Assembly: GCA_965205015.1 (NCBI GenBank)
Contig: OZ242029.1
Location: 384,001-448,000 of the forward strand
Direction: 5' to 3'
Source: Candidatus Poribacteria bacterium
Lineage (GTDB): Bacteria > Poribacteria > WGA-4E > WGA-3G
Length of the DNA: 64,000 bases
Below the pieces are notes generated by a model, which was not told the origin of the DNA, ran no database searches, and worked only from the letters and a program-made list of their open reading frames with translations. Numbering within the stretch: position 1 is the stretch's first letter; every line of letters begins with the position of its first letter. Of the stretch, positions 60,551 to 64,000 are shown in pieces. The translations under genes and the position numbers were made by a program.

Positions 60551-61603
60551 ATGGTCAGTAAAATGAAAATTAGAAGCGAAAACAAAGCCCGCAACAACGG
60601 CGCGGGCGACTCGTCGGGAAGGCACGTCAAACATGAAACCCACTCAATTGCTCCGCAAGGGAAAATTAAAAAACTTGTAATTGGTACACGCGGCAGTCAA
60701 CTTGCCCTTTGGCAGTCACAATTCGTCAAAAATCAATTGGAACGCCATTTCCCTACCTTGGAAATCTCCCTGAAGACCATCAAAACCACCGGCGATACAA
60801 TCCAAAACCGCTCGTTAGTTGGACTCGGCAAAGGTGTTTTCACCAAAGAGATAGAAAATGCCCTCTTAACCGGCGGCATCGACCTCGCTGTCCACAGTTT
60901 GAAAGACCTCCCGACAGAATTGCCGGAGGGGCTTTGCATTGCCGCCATTCCGACGCGAGAAGACCCACGCGATGTCCTCGTCACAGATACAGGACTCCCT
61001 TTAGAAGACTTGTCGGAAGGGGCGAAGATCGGCACCACAAGTCCACGCCGAAAGGCGCAGCTCCTCTATATCCGCCCAGATCTGCGAGTCGTTGACGTGC
61101 GAGGCAACATCGATACACGGTTGCGCAAACTTCACGAGACCGACCTCGACGGAATCATCCTCGCCGCCGCGGGCATCAAACGCCTCCTCGAACCAGAAAT
61201 TATCACACAATATTTTGACACAGAACAGATGGTCCCGGCAGTCGGGCAGGGCGCGCTCGCGATTGAAATACGGGAAGGTGACGATAGGGTTGAACAGCTG
61301 CTTCTGCCGCTGAACGACCCCGCAGCAACGGTAGAAATCACAGCGGAAAGGACTGTATTGGAAAGCCTCGGCGGCGGATGCCAAGTGCCGATTGGCGCGC
61401 ATGCGAAACATGTCAACGGTGAACTCTCGCTCATCGGCGCGGTTTGTCATCCAGACGGCACGCGACGCATTGTGGCGCGCACCACGGGAACACCAGATAC
61501 AGCACAGCATTTGGGCGAAGGTGTTGCCGAAAAACTTCGGAACAGTGGCGCAACAGAATTGTTGAAGGAACAGGAGAACGATCAGTCAGTGACCCAAACC
61601 TAA
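60551..61603 (+). CDS. hemC: Hydroxymethylbilane synthase with repeat-derived N-terminal insertion
   Basis: IGTRGSQLALWQ, GKGVFTKE, AVHSLKD, RGNIDTRL, GGCQVP. Confidence 0.97.
   Translation: MVSKMKIRSENKARNNGAGDSSGRHVKHETHSIAPQGKIKKLVIGTRGSQLALWQSQFVKNQLERHFPTLEISLKTIKTTGDTIQNRSLVGLGKGVFTKEIENALLTGGIDLAVHSLKDLPTELPEGLCIAAIPTREDPRDVLVTDTGLPLEDLSEGAKIGTTSPRRKAQLLYIRPDLRVVDVRGNIDTRLRKLHETDLDGIILAAAGIKRLLEPEIITQYFDTEQMVPAVGQGALAIEIREGDDRVEQLLLPLNDPAATVEITAERTVLESLGGGCQVPIGAHAKHVNGELSLIGAVCHPDGTRRIVARTTGTPDTAQHLGEGVAEKLRNSGATELLKEQENDQSVTQT
60565..60668 (+). repeat. Gene-start repeat inserted in frame in hemC
   Basis: GAAAATTA direct repeats at 60565 and 60661, 96 nt apart; removing the insert gives MKIKKLVIGTRGS. 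Confidence 0.8.
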
Positions 61604-62065
61604 AGGATTGGGCTTGTCCACTACGCCAACCAAGGCTATAGAGTGGGCAAGGGTAACTCATTGACTACCGTAAAATATCGCAGTTTCTGGAGCGTGGTAG
61701 CTCCAAACAATGGTTAGAGAACGCTATACCGAACTGGTAGTAGGTATAGTTAAGGGTGCTCCCCAAGCCTTAACCCTCTTGGAAACTGTGATCGGGATGG
61801 GGCAACATATACCCGCTTTTGCGGAGAGCCGAAAGGTCATTACCTGTTTTCTTGATAGCACCGGGTCAGGTCTCAGTAGTAAGTGGTGACAGCCTTGTGA
61901 ACCGAAGCAGCCCACTGGAAAGAATCGCCTACTGGATTGTGGCGAAAAAACAACCAGCACTTTTTCTATCGGTTTCTTTTTTTTAACCTGGACCTCTGGT
62001 CCTTTCCAAGAGGGCGGTGTTTCCTCCCAAGCCTAAAAGACTTGGGTCTCCACACCGTAATATAG
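61585..62065 (+). mobile_element. Non-autonomous IS200/IS605-family element with HEARO/omegaRNA-like RNA and no IscB ORF
   Basis: Starts GTCA with hairpin CCCAAACC-TAAA-GGATTGGG; ends with a related hairpin CCCAAGCC-TAAA-AGACTTGGG inside CGGTGT..ACACCG; followed by ATGA; empty site restores the hemC/cobA overlap. Confidence 0.75.
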
Positions 62066-63565
62066 ATGAACAAACCGAGCACAGGTACCGTTTACATCGT
62101 AGGTGCTGGTCCCGGCGACAGAAAACTCATCACGCTTAAAGGTGTGGAGTGTCTGCAGCGCGCCGATGTCGTCATTTATGACCTGTTGCTCAACGACAGC
62201 CTGTTGGAACACTGCCCCGCGCACACCGAAAAAATCCAAGCCCCCGACCCGCGACTCCGAACGACCCGCCAAGATGAACTCAACCACTTGCTGATTGAAC
62301 ACGCCAAAGCCGGGAAAACCGTTGTTCGCCTGAAAGGCGGCGATCCCTATATCTTCGGACGCGGCGGCGAAGAAGCCGTTGCGCTCACGGAAGCCGGTAT
62401 CCCATTCGAAGTTGTTCCGGGTATCACATCGGCGATTGCCGCATCAGCGTATGCAGGCATTCCAGTTACACATCGCGACTATGCCTCATCGGTCGCTTTT
62501 GTGACAGGGCATTCCGCGGCATTACATCCAGATTCAAACATTAATTGGTCACACCTCGCCACAGCCGTTGATACGCTCGTTGTCTACATGGGGGTCGCAC
62601 ACCTTCGCCAGATTGTGGAGCGGCTAACAGCACACGGTAGAGATCCGCAAACTCCTGTCAGTTTAGTCCGTCTCGGAACGACACCGCAACAGCATGTCGT
62701 CCAAGGCACCCTCACCGATATTGTGCAAAAAGTGGAAGCAGTGCAACTCAAAAGTCCAGCGGTTATCGTTGTGGGAGAGGTAAACCGGCTACGTGAGCAC
62801 CTCCGATGGTTTGATACCAAACCCCTCTTCGGAAAGCGGATCCTTGTCACGCGCGCCCGAGCACAGGCAAGCGAATTCGCAGACCTGTTGGAAGCAAACG
62901 GCGCAGAAGTCATTCAATTCCCCACGATACAGATTCAACCGATTGCGGGTGTAGACATACCCCCTCCCAACACATACGATTGGGTCATCTTTACGAGCGT
63001 CAACGCCGTTGAAATTCTCTATGAACGTCTACGAGAAAGCGGAAAGGATGCCCGAGCGTTCGGTGGGAGCCGTATCTGCGCAGTCGGCGCGAAAACGGTG
63101 GAAGCTTTAAACCGCATCGGTATCCATCCCGATTTCGTGCCTTCTCACGCCCGCGGAAGTGCTATTGCCTCTGAAATGACAGACGTGAACGGAAAGAAAA
63201 TCCTCCTACCACGTGCGAAAATTGCCACTGCCGATCTGCCCAACGGTTTGCGCGAGAAGGGGGCACAGGTCGATGATGTGCCACTCTACGATACCCTCAA
63301 AGTGGCAAACGAAAACAGCGATGAAATCGAAGCAGACCTTCTGAACGGTAGCATCGACTTCGTCACGTTCACCAGTTCCTCAACGGTTACGAATTTCTTG
63401 GAGATGTTCCGCGCACACGCACCCATGGACTTACTCGCGAATGTCAAGGTCGCCGTGATCGGACCCACAACACAGAAAACGGCACTGGCGCGTGATATAC
63501 GGGTTGATGTGGTTGCGAAGGAGGCATCCGTCGAGAGTCTTGTGGAAGCAATCATTGAGGTATGA
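62066..63565 (+). CDS. cobA: Uroporphyrinogen-III C-methyltransferase / uroporphyrinogen-III synthase fusion
   Basis: VGAGPGD, RLKGGDP..FGRGGEE, then a HemD domain (LFGKRILVTR, FTSVNAV, FTSSSTV). Confidence 0.95.
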   Translation: MNKPSTGTVYIVGAGPGDRKLITLKGVECLQRADVVIYDLLLNDSLLEHCPAHTEKIQAPDPRLRTTRQDELNHLLIEHAKAGKTVVRLKGGDPYIFGRGGEEAVALTEAGIPFEVVPGITSAIAASAYAGIPVTHRDYASSVAFVTGHSAALHPDSNINWSHLATAVDTLVVYMGVAHLRQIVERLTAHGRDPQTPVSLVRLGTTPQQHVVQGTLTDIVQKVEAVQLKSPAVIVVGEVNRLREHLRWFDTKPLFGKRILVTRARAQASEFADLLEANGAEVIQFPTIQIQPIAGVDIPPPNTYDWVIFTSVNAVEILYERLRESGKDARAFGGSRICAVGAKTVEALNRIGIHPDFVPSHARGSAIASEMTDVNGKKILLPRAKIATADLPNGLREKGAQVDDVPLYDTLKVANENSDEIEADLLNGSIDFVTFTSSSTVTNFLEMFRAHAPMDLLANVKVAVIGPTTQKTALARDIRVDVVAKEASVESLVEAIIEV

Positions 63566-63709
63566 TTTATAGCAAAACCCACAATTAAATTTACACTCTG
63601 TTTTGAATTTTAGGGTAGATTCATAGTCCTGTGATTTATCGCATGTTACCCGTCCTGAACGAGCAATGAATTGTTCAGTCTATCCCAATTTCAAGGTGGA
63701 CAAAACAAG

Positions 63710-63770
63710 TTGTAGCGCAAACTGTTAGTTTGCGACACATGCAGGCACAAACTAACAGTTTGTGTTACAA
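63710..63770. repeat. Inverted REP doublet of the TGTAGCRCAAACT family
   Basis: TTGTAGCGCAAACTGTTAGTTTGCG ... GCACAAACTAACAGTTTGTGTTACAA; related copies at 54291, 54783 and 54815. Confidence 0.75.
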
Positions 63771-63785
63771 AAAGGAGATTACATT

Positions 63786-64000
63786 ATGAAAAACCGAATT
63801 TTCTATTATAGCGCGCTCGTTTGCTTACTCATGTTCAGCATTGTCTGTATAGCAAACGCCGCAAACGAATCCTTCGGGGATCCCTTCGAGAAGGGGAAGT
63901 TGCAAAACCCGAATTGGAAATGGCAAAACGAACCCCCGGATTGGGATATCGGGGACACCCGTGAGGATTACCTGTATATTGACAGTGAAACCAACCGAAA
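63786..64000 (+). CDS. Secreted protein, partial (runs off the window)
   Basis: AGGAG RBS, MKNRIF..., signal peptide ending ANA, open to the window end. Confidence 0.75.
   Translation, partial: MKNRIFYYSALVCLLMFSIVCIANAANESFGDPFEKGKLQNPNWKWQNEPPDWDIGDTREDYLYIDSETNR

Noticed and set aside
61724-61960. 78-aa minus-strand ORF inside the IS-like element as an IscB/TnpB remnant
   Set aside because: No PLMP, RuvC, HNH or zinc-finger motifs are visible.
61585-62065. Group I or group II intron
   Set aside because: No GUGYG/AY ends or domain V and no U at the upstream exon end; the ends fit IS200/IS605 better.

Overview
Bacterial chromosomal window of about 50% GC. Its protein repertoire resembles Ca. 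Poribacteria-type sponge symbionts (WD40 proteins starting LPEGAKARLGKG, TPR, kelch, TolB, LamG and cohesin-dockerin surface proteins); this lineage call is an inference. Core blocks are lolA-pgsA-thpR-recA, a complete Pup-proteasome operon (arc-dop-pup-prcB-prcA-pafA), ppdK, rtcB, and a tetrapyrrole cluster (hemB-hemL, sirC, ccsA-hemA-hemC-cobA/hemD). An intact ISAs1 has a 10-bp target duplication. The least explained signals are: (1) a shared C-terminal V-x-P-x(2-3)-[KL]-L-x-x-x-W-G-x-[LV]-K tail on eight secreted proteins of four unrelated folds, a candidate protein-sorting signal; (2) a 481-bp ORF-less IS200/IS605 element resembling HEARO/omegaRNA, inserted exactly into the hemC/cobA ATGA overlap; (3) a ~95-bp structured repeat found four times, always at gene starts, once as a clean in-frame insertion in hemC; (4) a candidate small RNA under a sigma-54 promoter just downstream of rtcB; (5) an intergenic heptamer repeat inserted in frame inside a metalloprotease gene. 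All calls come from reading the sequence; no database searches were run.
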